DNA from: Salisapilia sapeloensis CBS 127946
Lineage: Eukaryota; Protista; Oomycota
NCBI GenBank assembly: GCA_023334545.1
Contig: JAADVB010000139.1
Span: forward strand, 1-48,821
Reading direction: 5' to 3'
Length of the DNA stretch: 48,821 nt
The stretch's first letter is position 1. Each line of letters opens with the position of its first letter. The notes under the pieces are model-generated. The model did no database searches. It was not told the origin of the DNA and saw only the letters and a list, made by a program, of their open reading frames with translations. The translations under genes and the position numbers were made by a program. Shown piece by piece: positions 11,801-20,233 of the stretch.

Positions 11801-11897
11801 AAGTATCATGCTTACGCACAAAGATAAGCAAGTGCTTGAAGCGAATTTATCGAGGATTCGAGAACTTGAAATCGATGGACTCTTTGAGCTGGAGTAA
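8814..11897 (+). CDS. Tandem double ATP-grasp carboxylate-amine ligase (L-amino-acid ligase / NikS-like), N-terminal MGxxxS motif
   Basis: Single exon, 1027 aa from ATG 8814 (the ORF-track start at 8754 is TTG). Two full modules each carry VVVDPF(S/T)TG, GAE(T/L)GV.LAD.LS, ARR(N/D)KY.MGEK.RSSG, (V/L)KP.ESAG, QEYLDG.EYV.DTVSRDG, GPAH(A/G)EVK and LIE(I/V)G(S/A)RCHGG. Confidence 0.9.
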   Translation: MGNTTSTSSTKGKSSQTSEVKEEPPVATNDVSTHESEEIDEEGAMPEFQVLSAAQRSVTFDERQCVTISSTAPLSDFRPLQRAATYDPRLRTKRSLLTADDVMHRRFFNARERRRSAADVSSSIVSTLQKPSKVKDEVLEKKNAIVVVDPFSTGTTLAQKALARGYSVVGIYSDTLEVMQELIAHVPKELSAQFTTTLVHDASNSDSFDEIVGMLKDMSDKSELNIIGVLAGAETGVMLADKLSETLHLTTNGTKGSDARRNKYKMGEKVRSSGLRAVKQRAVTKWSQVVEFVEQELQPDPFRVIVKPVESAGSDDVTLCYSMEDVRRAFGNIQGKINSLGLENTMTLVQEYLDGTEYVVDTVSRDGVHKVVAVWEYDKRAVNNAPFVYYGVLLRPASGPLVTPIVDYILKVVDALEIKHGPAHAEVKLTQAGEPCLIEIGSRCHGGGGAYLDIVNPCIGYNQVECTLDAYFDADAFDALPKKPSTLKKHGCEAMLVSYEQGKLKSYPGLEELRSLSSYVTDYMILEVGDELPITVDMYGTPGSILMVHEDKETLDRDYARIRELEHDGMYDIEPTKSDADEEKKEVVVVVDPFTTGAVVAHQLIARGYDCICVYSDKLENVEHIASLIPEGLTLEFAATVAYDGDVAATAKAVRNAAKRVVDKSDDSPPLSPRRKDQRLVKAVFPGAELGVRLADALSDELGLVGNELSLSSARRDKYLMGEKLRSSGVRAVKQVKATSWEEAEHFITHELQPEPFEVVLKPLESAGTEDVVLCMSMEQAKETFGKILGKINGLGIANNAVLLQEYLDGDEYVIDTVSRDGKHKVVCVWKYDKRRVNDAAFVYFGLSVVPCEGFIHELIEYQLQVLDALGIKNGPAHGEVKLCRGSPVLIEVGARCHGGEGAWIPIVNKCVGYNQVDAAIDSILDADAFDKYPDRPTQLLEHGCEAMLVSYKEGILKSVPGLEEIIQMPAFLKKEIFVSKGDALRRTIDMFSTPGSIMLTHKDKQVLEANLSRIRELEIDGLFELE
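9240..11897 (+). repeat. Intragenic tandem duplication of the ATP-grasp module (about 9240-10530 and 10570-11897)
   Basis: Collinear motif-for-motif similarity of the two halves, partly visible in DNA (AATACTTGGACGGGACGGAATACGTCGTAGACACTGTCAGTCGCGACGGT vs AGTACTTGGACGGTGATGAGTACGTCATTGATACCGTCAGTCGAGATGGT). Confidence 0.9.
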
Positions 11898-11922
11898 CTC
11901 GAGAATGAAAATTTATTTTTAC

Positions 11923-14274
11923 TTACAAACTATGATGTTCGTCACATGCAGCTATCTTGCGGACGATACCGTCGTAACTACATTGTTGACAGTACCCTGT
12001 ACGCATGCGAGGTGCTGACGGTGGCTTTCGATGGGCTTGGAGAGCTGGTAGACGACGTGGCTTTACCTTGATGTCTGTGAGAAGCGTTGGCGGATACTTG
12101 TGCTGGATGTCATTGTCCCATTCGTTTCGGCGAGACATGGAGGTTGGGCGTTGAGGGAGGTAGCTCGGACTTTTATTCCCGCTGGTTGTTCGTCGCTTGG
12201 GCGAGGATACGGATGGGAGGGGCGTCTCGACTGCAGAGATGGATATGTTCGTTTGTACTTCGACATCTAGTAACGTTCGAGAGTGGCGAGGAGTAGTGCT
12301 GCGGGAGATCGGACTTGGTTCTCGAGAACATTTGATCGGAGGAAGAGGACTTTGAGGTGGTGATGGACGGGTTGGGACTTTCAGAGGCGATAGAGGATGC
12401 TCATAGAGTTTCAGATCACATTCTCCTACATTAGGCTCAAAGACAGGTTCAGGTGATGTCGGCCTTGATAAGGGTCTGTTCTTTTGCTTCACCTCGCACG
12501 ATTCACTCATCATAGAAGTTTCTGACCAATGCTCATTGTCTTTAGTATTGACATCGACGACATCGTTAGTCTGCGTGACTTCCTTTTCTGTTGTAGTGCT
12601 CTCTTCTTTCTCTGACAGAGTTTTGCTGATCTCTATGTCTTCATCTTCGACAAGTACCTCCGTAGTTATTACTTCTTTTGAGGGAAGTGCACATGCATCT
12701 ACTACGAGAAACACAACTTCAGTAGTAATGATACTGGTAAGTCTCGATGTAAAGACACTTGATGCATCCTCGGCGTCCTCATTCACATCTTCGTCAGGAT
12801 TCTCGATGACGCTATCCTTTTGTAATAAATCTAGACCATATTCGAACGAGTTCGGCACGTTTTCAGGGGTGAAGAAGTTGGGTAGTCTTGGTGTAAACAC
12901 ATTTGGTTTATGCGCCACATTCTTGCTCGGAATCTCGTCAAAGACGTTTGAGGTCAACGATTCCTGCAATTCGCTTTCACATATTTCCAATTCGGCTGAA
13001 ATAAACTCATTATGGATGACATCAGTACATTCCGGCACCAATACACTTGACTCAAGCTGTGCACTCTCTTTTTCTTCCTTACCAAGTACCTCCGAAACCT
13101 TTGCTTCCTGTGATCTTCTTGTATAAGGCTCCAGCACTGCTGAAACGAATTCTGTGGCGACTATACGACTATGTGATGGCTTAAAGACGCTTGATTCGTA
13201 CTCTAGATATACATGTTCTTCCTCCGTATGTACCTCTGAGGCACATACGTCATGAGGAGTGTTCATGTAAGGTTTGAGCAAGGATGAAACAAACTCAGTC
13301 GCGACGATACGAGTCACCGTTGGTATCGAGATACTTGATTCGTCGTCGACATTCTCGTGCGTAATTAAAAGTATCTCTGATACAATCCCTTGCTGTGATT
13401 CGTATGTGTAAGGTTCCAACAAGGCTGAAACAAATTCAGATGCGGCCACACGCAAAGGTGGTGGGGTCAAGATACTCGCTTCGAGCTCAACATTCTCATT
13501 CTCAGCTTCAAAAATCGATGTCAGACTACTCGTTCTTCTTTCCTTCCGGCTACTAGCCCTCGCGATAACAGGGATTTCAGTTGACATTTTGGCGGGACTG
13601 GCAGGTTCGCATACTTTTTGCGTCTCTTTCCATTCTGCCTGCTTTATGCCAGACTTTCCAACTTGAGCTCCCATCGAAGCTATCTTGGCAACTAAAACAT
13701 CGACAGTCGATAGGACTTTGGCCGTTGAATACCGATGAATAAGATCCCCATGTAATACATTTTTGGACTCTGTTAATGCATCACAATTACTTGTACTACT
13801 TTCGCGATGAGATTCTTGAATATGACCGATACACAAGCCTTTGTTACTTTTCTCATCGCTAGAACCCGAACGATCATAGCTCTCTCTTCTTGCAGACATT
13901 GACAGGTCTTTTACTATACTCTCATTCATGGTGCGTATGTACTCGATGCTAGACTTCTGATACTTCCCTCGAGAATCGCTCGTTACCTCCATCGACTTGC
14001 CAAGTGAACAAAGCACGGTGAAGATGCTATCATCGACAACGGACTGAGCTACACCCGCGACAGATACAAGCTCAGTGAAAACGTTAATTGCGTAGCTGTC
14101 ATTCACCGTATCATTCTCCAGGCTGTGGCGATGCGTTGCAATATCGCTCTCGGGCTTCATATCTATATCTCTTGAATGAGCTATTTCCTTAGAAATTGTT
14201 GACTTCATATCCTTCAAGACACCGTGGATAACGGTGAGAGGATCTCCAGGAGCATTGTCGACGTCCATATTCAT
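11923..14274 (-). CDS. Acidic, low-complexity repeat protein of unknown function (783 aa)
   Basis: Long uninterrupted ORF. Glu/Ser/Pro-rich, with internal 47-48 aa repeats and a short C-terminal CQQC...CDEHH motif. No family recognised. Confidence 0.7.
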   Translation of the reverse strand: MNMDVDNAPGDPLTVIHGVLKDMKSTISKEIAHSRDIDMKPESDIATHRHSLENDTVNDSYAINVFTELVSVAGVAQSVVDDSIFTVLCSLGKSMEVTSDSRGKYQKSSIEYIRTMNESIVKDLSMSARRESYDRSGSSDEKSNKGLCIGHIQESHRESSTSNCDALTESKNVLHGDLIHRYSTAKVLSTVDVLVAKIASMGAQVGKSGIKQAEWKETQKVCEPASPAKMSTEIPVIARASSRKERRTSSLTSIFEAENENVELEASILTPPPLRVAASEFVSALLEPYTYESQQGIVSEILLITHENVDDESSISIPTVTRIVATEFVSSLLKPYMNTPHDVCASEVHTEEEHVYLEYESSVFKPSHSRIVATEFVSAVLEPYTRRSQEAKVSEVLGKEEKESAQLESSVLVPECTDVIHNEFISAELEICESELQESLTSNVFDEIPSKNVAHKPNVFTPRLPNFFTPENVPNSFEYGLDLLQKDSVIENPDEDVNEDAEDASSVFTSRLTSIITTEVVFLVVDACALPSKEVITTEVLVEDEDIEISKTLSEKEESTTTEKEVTQTNDVVDVNTKDNEHWSETSMMSESCEVKQKNRPLSRPTSPEPVFEPNVGECDLKLYEHPLSPLKVPTRPSPPQSPLPPIKCSREPSPISRSTTPRHSRTLLDVEVQTNISISAVETPLPSVSSPKRRTTSGNKSPSYLPQRPTSMSRRNEWDNDIQHKYPPTLLTDIKVKPRRLPALQAHRKPPSAPRMRTGYCQQCSYDGIVRKIAACDEHHSL
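12860..13510 (-). repeat. Degenerate coding tandem repeat, 141-144 bp period, at least 4 copies
   Basis: (S/T/N)EF(V/I)S cores at 13429-13440, 13288-13299, 13144-13155 and 13000-13011 (spacings 141, 144, 144 bp), with DNA-level similarity between copies. Confidence 0.8.
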
Positions 14275-14412
14275 TTCGTTCGAGTGAAAAAGAGATTAGA
14301 ACTCTGTACGTGAGAAGATCGTCTTCCTCTATTTATGCGATTACCCTACATGCCTTATTCTGCTTTTTATAGACCATTCGCGAGTTTGAGTACTATCGCA
14401 TCAAATCTCAAA

Positions 14413-15941
14413 ATGGATCATGCGACAAGGTTGAACGAGCTCGCAACTGTACATGGTCGATACCAAAGGTAGACACTACCATAATCTCATCTTACGACCC
14501 ATGGACGAGATGCCAAACGAATGTTATATCTTGTAGCAAGTTTGTGAGAAGGTTTGCTGCCAAATCACGCTTTCCTCGCCCGATAGTAAGAGGGCAGGTA
14601 TGGGAATCGTACTTCATGCGCAAGTCTCGCTATGAAAAGCAAGTACGTTCTCAATCTCTTTTATAGTAACCTAGCTTAATCTAGGCTTGCTTTAACTTCT
14701 CGCTAGACGATTATTCAACAACCTTGGATATATCCGATGGCCGCACAAAATCTTGCTTCTATTCTTATACAGGTTCAAACGACTTTGATTCCTCCCTGAA
14801 GTGATCTCTGTCTAACAACATGAGATAGAAATATGTTCGAGGAATGCTCGTTCGAATGCACAAGGATACCTCACCAAATTCTTGCAAGGTCAAACCATCG
14901 TTTTTATCGCCAATCCAGCGCTTCATTCAGTATGGAAATGGTTCTTTTACGGATGATAATGGCTTTCGATACTTTACAGCAACAGTTCTCCAGTCATGGT
15001 ATCGAATGGTGAGACTTCGTTGGCGGTATAACCTTCAGCGATGCGCAGTCTATCATATTGCTGCACTCCAAATCCAGTATACATGGAAAGCCCAATCTCA
15101 ACACCGCATGACTCATGCGCAGGGCATATCTCCACACTCTCTACCTACTAGACAAGAGAAAGCTGCTTTGATATTGCAAGCCACATGGAAACGCTATACG
15201 CAGGCTCGGATCTATCATTATTATCGTGATCTTTTATCTTTTAGAGGTACAGGAGATCCAGGCCGAATGCTACGTGCGATCAATCCGAGCGAAGCCGGCC
15301 TATTGGATACTGCGATGGGAGCGCATGTACGATTCCGTCTTGGTGGTTTGTCATTTCCACCAACGATTTACTATAAAATTTATACGTCCCGAGCTGTTTG
15401 TGACTTGAATGCATTCAGTCCAAAGGACTACGCACTGGAGCGACAAGAACCATCGAATACGGACCAAAAGCATGCCATCAAGCCACAGAAGCGCTGGTTA
15501 AGAGTAGGAAATGCCTATTATCGTGTTAAGCAGCAGGCATACGACACATCTCACTGGTACAAGCGTCTTGAAAACAATGGCTGGCGGCCAGTTACTGCCA
15601 AAGTAATGGCAGAAGCACTAGCAGATCCAGTTTACGTGGAAACCTCGAAGAAAGAGCAACATAATTATCACTACTCTCGACTCGTGCGAAAGGAAGACCT
15701 CGTACAACAGCGTCGCATTCGTAAGCGTGAATGGATGGTGAAGCTATATACACAAGGAATGAAGCGGCAAGAGAATGACATGAAGGATCAAAAGCTTGCA
15801 AAAACGGAGAATGAAGACTGGGAAGAAAAAGCCGAAGAAATGTTCGAGTGGGCATCGAGTTTGGACTATGATCAGTACCTAGAAAACTGGCACCAGCTCG
15901 GACAGACCGCTTCAACGGATAACCAAGACACAGAGTTATAA
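14413..15941 (+). CDS. MFI: IQ-motif protein, C11orf65/MFI homolog; exons 14413-14468, 14537-14642, 14707-14772, 14829-15941 (446 aa)
   Basis: The last exon has the MFI core (LQATWK...GDPGRMLRAINPSEAGLLD...HVRFRLGG.SFPP.IYYKI(Y)T...DLNAFSP.DY). Three GT-AG introns of 68, 64 and 56 nt give a continuous frame, and the exon 3/4 junction builds a canonical IQ motif (LIQ|KYVRGMLVR). Confidence 0.85.
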
Positions 15942-16068
15942 GAAAATAAAATCATGTTACAATACGCATTACAATCTGGTGTGCTAGCTTCTTCATCACT
16001 AGCTATTCAATACAAACTCACATCCATACATTCCATGTAGGTTCCGCTCCTTGTTGTCGTGACTGTGC

Positions 16069-17016
16069 TTATTGGAAAAGCGTCGTCAACACCTTTTTGG
16101 TCATTTCAAAGGTGCTGAACATGACCGCTGCATGCGGCACTACCCGCATCAAGTTCGGCAGTGTACCACGATACAGCGCGGGGAACCCTTCATAACGTAC
16201 AATTTGACACATACAATCCCAGTTGCCTCTGTAGCGAGTCACTGGATCGACTTGCAGACGCTTCTTGACCGTATCGAATGGATAGGCAGCCGTTTGAGCA
16301 ACCGCACCCGCGACACTTCCGCACACTAAGAAGTCGACTGCATCCAGCTCGTGCTTGTTGACATTTTTCCATCGAAAAGCAGGCCAACGATGCTGATATG
16401 CAAACAACTTGAGTCCTTCATAAGCTCCGAACTGGACGCCTTCAAACGGGATGGCACCAGCGATCCCAGAGCCACTGCCTCGATAGAGACCTTTGATTCC
16501 CTCCTTTTGATAAATCATCTTGACACCTTGAGTGAGCCCTGAGATGGATGTCGACGAGGTGCTTGGCGCTTGGACGATCAAACGCGTGCGAACGACTTCA
16601 AGTGGGTACGTCGCCATGGTCGCGAGGAGACCGGCGGTCGCACCACAGAAAGCTCGTTGCATATTGCTCGGGTTCGTTTTGTCCACAAAGCGGGACTGGA
16701 GAGTGTCAAAGAGGAAGAACTTGGCTCCAGCGTACGGTCCAAGACGGCAGCAGCCGATCCAGTTTCCACGCCAAAAGCCTCGAAGACCATCCATATAGTA
16801 GAGATCTCGAACTGTTTGGGTGAGGACATTGGACATCGGGAGTGGAGACATGGCGTGTGGAGGCTTTACTTGGATCCTGATTTTCAGCACATCGAGAGGG
16901 GAAGTAAAGGAACGCGTAACGCAGCCAGCGACGACACCTGCCACGATGGACTGAGTGCCGGACAACACTGGAGCATGGGACACAGCAACCAGTGATCCTT
17001 CACCAGTGGAAGTCAT
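16069..17016 (-). CDS. Mitochondrial carrier family (SLC25) protein, SLC25A43/CoA-carrier-like
   Basis: Three carrier repeats with Px(D/E)xx(K/R) signatures (PLDVLK, PLEVVR, PFDTVK) and EG.xG(F/L)(W/Y)RG motifs. The first in-frame ATG is at 17016 (MTSTGEG); the ORF-track start at 17259 is GTG. Subfamily call is tentative. Confidence 0.9.
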   Translation of the reverse strand: MTSTGEGSLVAVSHAPVLSGTQSIVAGVVAGCVTRSFTSPLDVLKIRIQVKPPHAMSPLPMSNVLTQTVRDLYYMDGLRGFWRGNWIGCCRLGPYAGAKFFLFDTLQSRFVDKTNPSNMQRAFCGATAGLLATMATYPLEVVRTRLIVQAPSTSSTSISGLTQGVKMIYQKEGIKGLYRGSGSGIAGAIPFEGVQFGAYEGLKLFAYQHRWPAFRWKNVNKHELDAVDFLVCGSVAGAVAQTAAYPFDTVKKRLQVDPVTRYRGNWDCMCQIVRYEGFPALYRGTLPNLMRVVPHAAVMFSTFEMTKKVLTTLFQ

Positions 17017-17029
17017 TGTGTCGTTGTTT

Positions 17030-17195
17030 ACCACTTGCGTATCGATGAGATAGTTGAGAACGGAGAGACTATATTCCTTGGAAACTTGGTTCGGGACGAG
17101 CGGTTGGAAATCTGGGTGACTATATCTCTTGGACACTTGCGTTTGTGAGGATGACGAAATCGAAATCCCGACGACTGTTTTCCTTGGACTTGCGT
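17030..17195. repeat. Spaced direct-repeat array: three ~24-nt copies plus one partial
   Basis: GACTATATTCCTTGGAAACTTGGT (17067-17090), GACTATATCTCTTGGACACTTGCGT (17118-17142), GACTGTTTTCCTTGGACTTGCGT (17173-17195), partial ACCACTTGCGT (17030-17040). Confidence 0.7.
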
Positions 17196-17619
17196 CTGTA
17201 AGAGTAAATGGGAAACTGAGAGACGAGAGCAGGGCCAAAGCGATAGAAAGGGAGAGCACGGACCGCTACTTCAAGTTGAAATGTATCCGAGATAAAATGA
17301 ACGCATTTGATTGGCGGATCTTGAAAGGTCAGATACCATCTCTGTCTACGCTTTTACAAGCTCTTAAACATAGAAATGGGGAGGCCAGTGGTAGTGGCCG
17401 TTTGCTGCCATAGTGAAAATGGGTTTTGATAAGATCCTCCTTGTTTTTAGATGATATCGAAGTAGTTAGATCATATCAAAGCGTAGATGCGTTCAATTCT
17501 AGAATATATCCTCCTTTACATGACGTCTGGTGGCGGTTAAAAATTATTTTCAACGCCTTCATGACCTGTAGTGCATGAAACGCCTTTAGAGTGGCAACGC
17601 CTACTTTTGGTGGCTAGAC

Positions 17620-19133
17620 ATGGTCGATGGAGATACGAAAGTGGTGCTTAAACGTAAAGTTCGTAACAAATCCACCGAGTTGTTTGAGTGGCATCGATGT
17701 CAGTGCGAACTACTTCTCGATGGTATTCTCAAGATCGAGAATCTGGTCGAGAGCGAAAGTAATTGTAGTGAAAGTGAAGAAGAGAGTATGAATCCGAGTA
17801 GTGAGTTTCAAGAGCCGTTGTCTGCCCAAGCTGTCTACATCGATGTTTTTACACAATTGAAAGGCATTCGAATCAGCAAAACGAACCGAGCTCGATGTAA
17901 AATCTACTACCTCATCTATCCTTCTGATGGCGATGGTGAGCCAGAGAAAAAGTTTGAAGAGCTCATGGCAAGTTCGACTCAGCATTGCCAACGATGGGTG
18001 CAAAAGCTTCGTCGAGCAAAGAAAACAATGTCCAATTCGGAAAGTGATGGCCATAGTAGTGTGCATGATGCATCCATATACACCGAGGCCCCAAACGAGT
18101 CCTTTGATACTAGCTTTGACGTCTCCCATAACAGTATTTCTATCGACAATGCCAATGAAGAATGTACAGGAGATATCTCGGTGTCTAATGATCTAGAGTC
18201 GAATCACTCTCATCTTAAATCATCCTATCCGCCGACTTCCGCACAGGTGACGATCATAATGCATTTCATCCACTTTCAATTGTACTAGCCTTTCCCATCA
18301 TGATGTAGGAAGAGGATGCAGTTGACGAAGTTTCCACAAGCCCTTCCAAAGACGAGAATCAAGACTTGAGTACGTCTATGACAACAAACAACGGTGACAG
18401 CGAAACATGGCCACTACCTCCCGACCGATTCGTTGACCAGTTAGAACAAGTTCGCTCGCACCATCGATCGCATTCGTCCAAAGTAGATTCTTACGATAAA
18501 CACACTGCCTCCAATTCCAAAAGCAACCGAGCTCGTCTTCCAACCGAGACATATCCACACTACGCATCAACATCTCGAGCCCCGAAACTGCGTGTTTCTG
18601 CTTTATCCCACAGTCGCAGACACCATCTTTCTCCTTGCAAATCGACGACTTCCACATCCGATGAGATCTCCACGACAATCCGTAATCTTCGCCGTCAGCG
18701 AAAAGCACATGGAAACTTCGCGGAAGATGAGGAAGTGTCAGATGTGTCGGAAGACGAAACCCAGGCAGAGCTTCAAGTACTTCGTCGAGTCGAAACTACA
18801 CTTCGTAAGCTAGAAGACGACAACGCAGCGCTGACGAAACGTGAACATCTACTACAGCAAGAGGTACAACAATTGAAAGATGAAGTTCGTGTTGGCAAAG
18901 CCGAGAGGAAGCATTTAGAGGCTGCCAAGCAGCATCTTGTAAAGGAAGGTCAGGAATGGCAGCACACCGCGCAAGAGACGAAGAAAGGCATGTCGCAGCT
19001 GAAAGACGAGCTGTCGATCGCTCGAGAGGAAGCGCAGCTTGCACACCGTGAAGCGAGGCGACTGCAACTACGTAATAAGCAACTCTTAGACAACGTACGT
19101 CGACTCGGCACACTAGTCTATGGTCGATTCTAA
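17620..19133 (+). CDS. PH-domain + C-terminal coiled-coil protein; exons 17620-18246 and 18309-19133 (483 aa)
   Basis: PH-like N-terminus (LKRKVRNKSTELFEWHRCQCELL...EELMASSTQHCQRWVQKL). A phase-0 62-nt intron (CAG|GTGACG...ATGTAG|GAA) joins the ORFs. Heptad-rich C-terminus. Confidence 0.75.
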
Positions 19134-19156
19134 CTCCACGGGATACACTTTATTTT

Positions 19157-20233
19157 TCATTTAGACCCTTCTCTCTCCTTTACCTCTTGCTGCTTTTGAG
19201 CTAATTCCTGCGTTTCATGCGCAATGTTCTCGACTGTTTGCTTGATCTCCTTTTCGTCGTCACTCAATGCTTCTTCCTCTTCTTTCCATAACCAGTTCAA
19301 CCAAGTTGGTGTCAAAGCATAGGTGACGGAACCCCAGAGCGCTTCTCCACTCTGACTCTGGACCGTGTGATCTGCAACGACACGTCCGACAAATTCCTTT
19401 GCATGGCGTTCCATATCCTCTCGACTTAACACATCGTGGACACTTTCATTAAGTACTCTCGTGACGTTATTCTTCACTACATCTTGTGTAAATGCATGAG
19501 CTAGCAAGTGCGTGACGTTCTTCTTCGTCTCATCATCCTTTACGAGGTTCTGGAGCAGTGCTAGCACAGTCTCTCTCGTCTGTGGATCCGCAACGAGAAC
19601 GCTAACTAGATGAACAACTTGTTGACGTAAGGAATCGTCCTGAACCAATGCATTCGTCAGTCTCTTAGCAACGTGCGTCGCACGATCAATCGTCTCTTCA
19701 TCCTGTAACGTCGTAAGGATGACATTTCGAACAGATTGCTGCGTCCTTGGGTCCATGAGTAGTCTTTCGACGAAACCTGTTGCCTGTTCCAATACCTTTG
19801 GATCGTTCAGAACGGTTTGCACGATCTGACTCGCGAGTTCACGCGTGTTATTGACAAGCGTCTCGTCCTGCAGAGACTGAGATGCCACCTGAGCTGTCTG
19901 TCGACTCACCCCTGACCGTAGTTCCGGACCAAAGGCAACGAGACTGACACCACCAGAAACAAGCATAAGTCCTCCAAGCCAAAACCAGCTCTGCTGACGC
20001 TGTAAAAGCTGCTTCATCAGCTCACTTTCACTCATACTGGATGCAACTTCAGCTTGTTGTTCCTGCGTAATATTCTTCACATACTGATCATTCCTATCCA
20101 TCGACAAGTACCGACGTGACAATGTACGTCTATTTATCGACGTCAAAGGGGAGCGCATCCATCGCCATCTCATTATCATCTTTTGTGTCCAGTTTTCATA
20201 GCGATTCCACCTTTTGATTGGTTTAAATGCCAT
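19157..20233 (-). CDS. Uncharacterised helical-repeat membrane protein, probably mitochondrial
   Basis: 358-aa ORF. Arg-rich, acid-poor N-terminus (presequence-like), one TM helix (WFWLGGLMLVSGGVSLVAFG), then 17/21-aa xDP-anchored amphipathic repeats. The exact start Met is uncertain. Confidence 0.8.
   Translation of the reverse strand: MAFKPIKRWNRYENWTQKMIMRWRWMRSPLTSINRRTLSRRYLSMDRNDQYVKNITQEQQAEVASSMSESELMKQLLQRQQSWFWLGGLMLVSGGVSLVAFGPELRSGVSRQTAQVASQSLQDETLVNNTRELASQIVQTVLNDPKVLEQATGFVERLLMDPRTQQSVRNVILTTLQDEETIDRATHVAKRLTNALVQDDSLRQQVVHLVSVLVADPQTRETVLALLQNLVKDDETKKNVTHLLAHAFTQDVVKNNVTRVLNESVHDVLSREDMERHAKEFVGRVVADHTVQSQSGEALWGSVTYALTPTWLNWLWKEEEEALSDDEKEIKQTVENIAHETQELAQKQQEVKEREGSK

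Noticed and set aside
12536-13126. 196-aa antisense ORF, and many other 60-220 aa ORFs overlapping real genes (e.g. 10655-11314, 34047-34526, 37680-38207, 44794-45183)
   Set aside because: Shadow frames of long coding sequences; Ser/Leu-rich composition reflects the complementary codon bias.
17030-17195. CRISPR array interpretation of the spaced repeats
   Set aside because: Only three degenerate copies, eukaryotic intron-containing context, no cas genes. Kept as an unexplained repeat instead.
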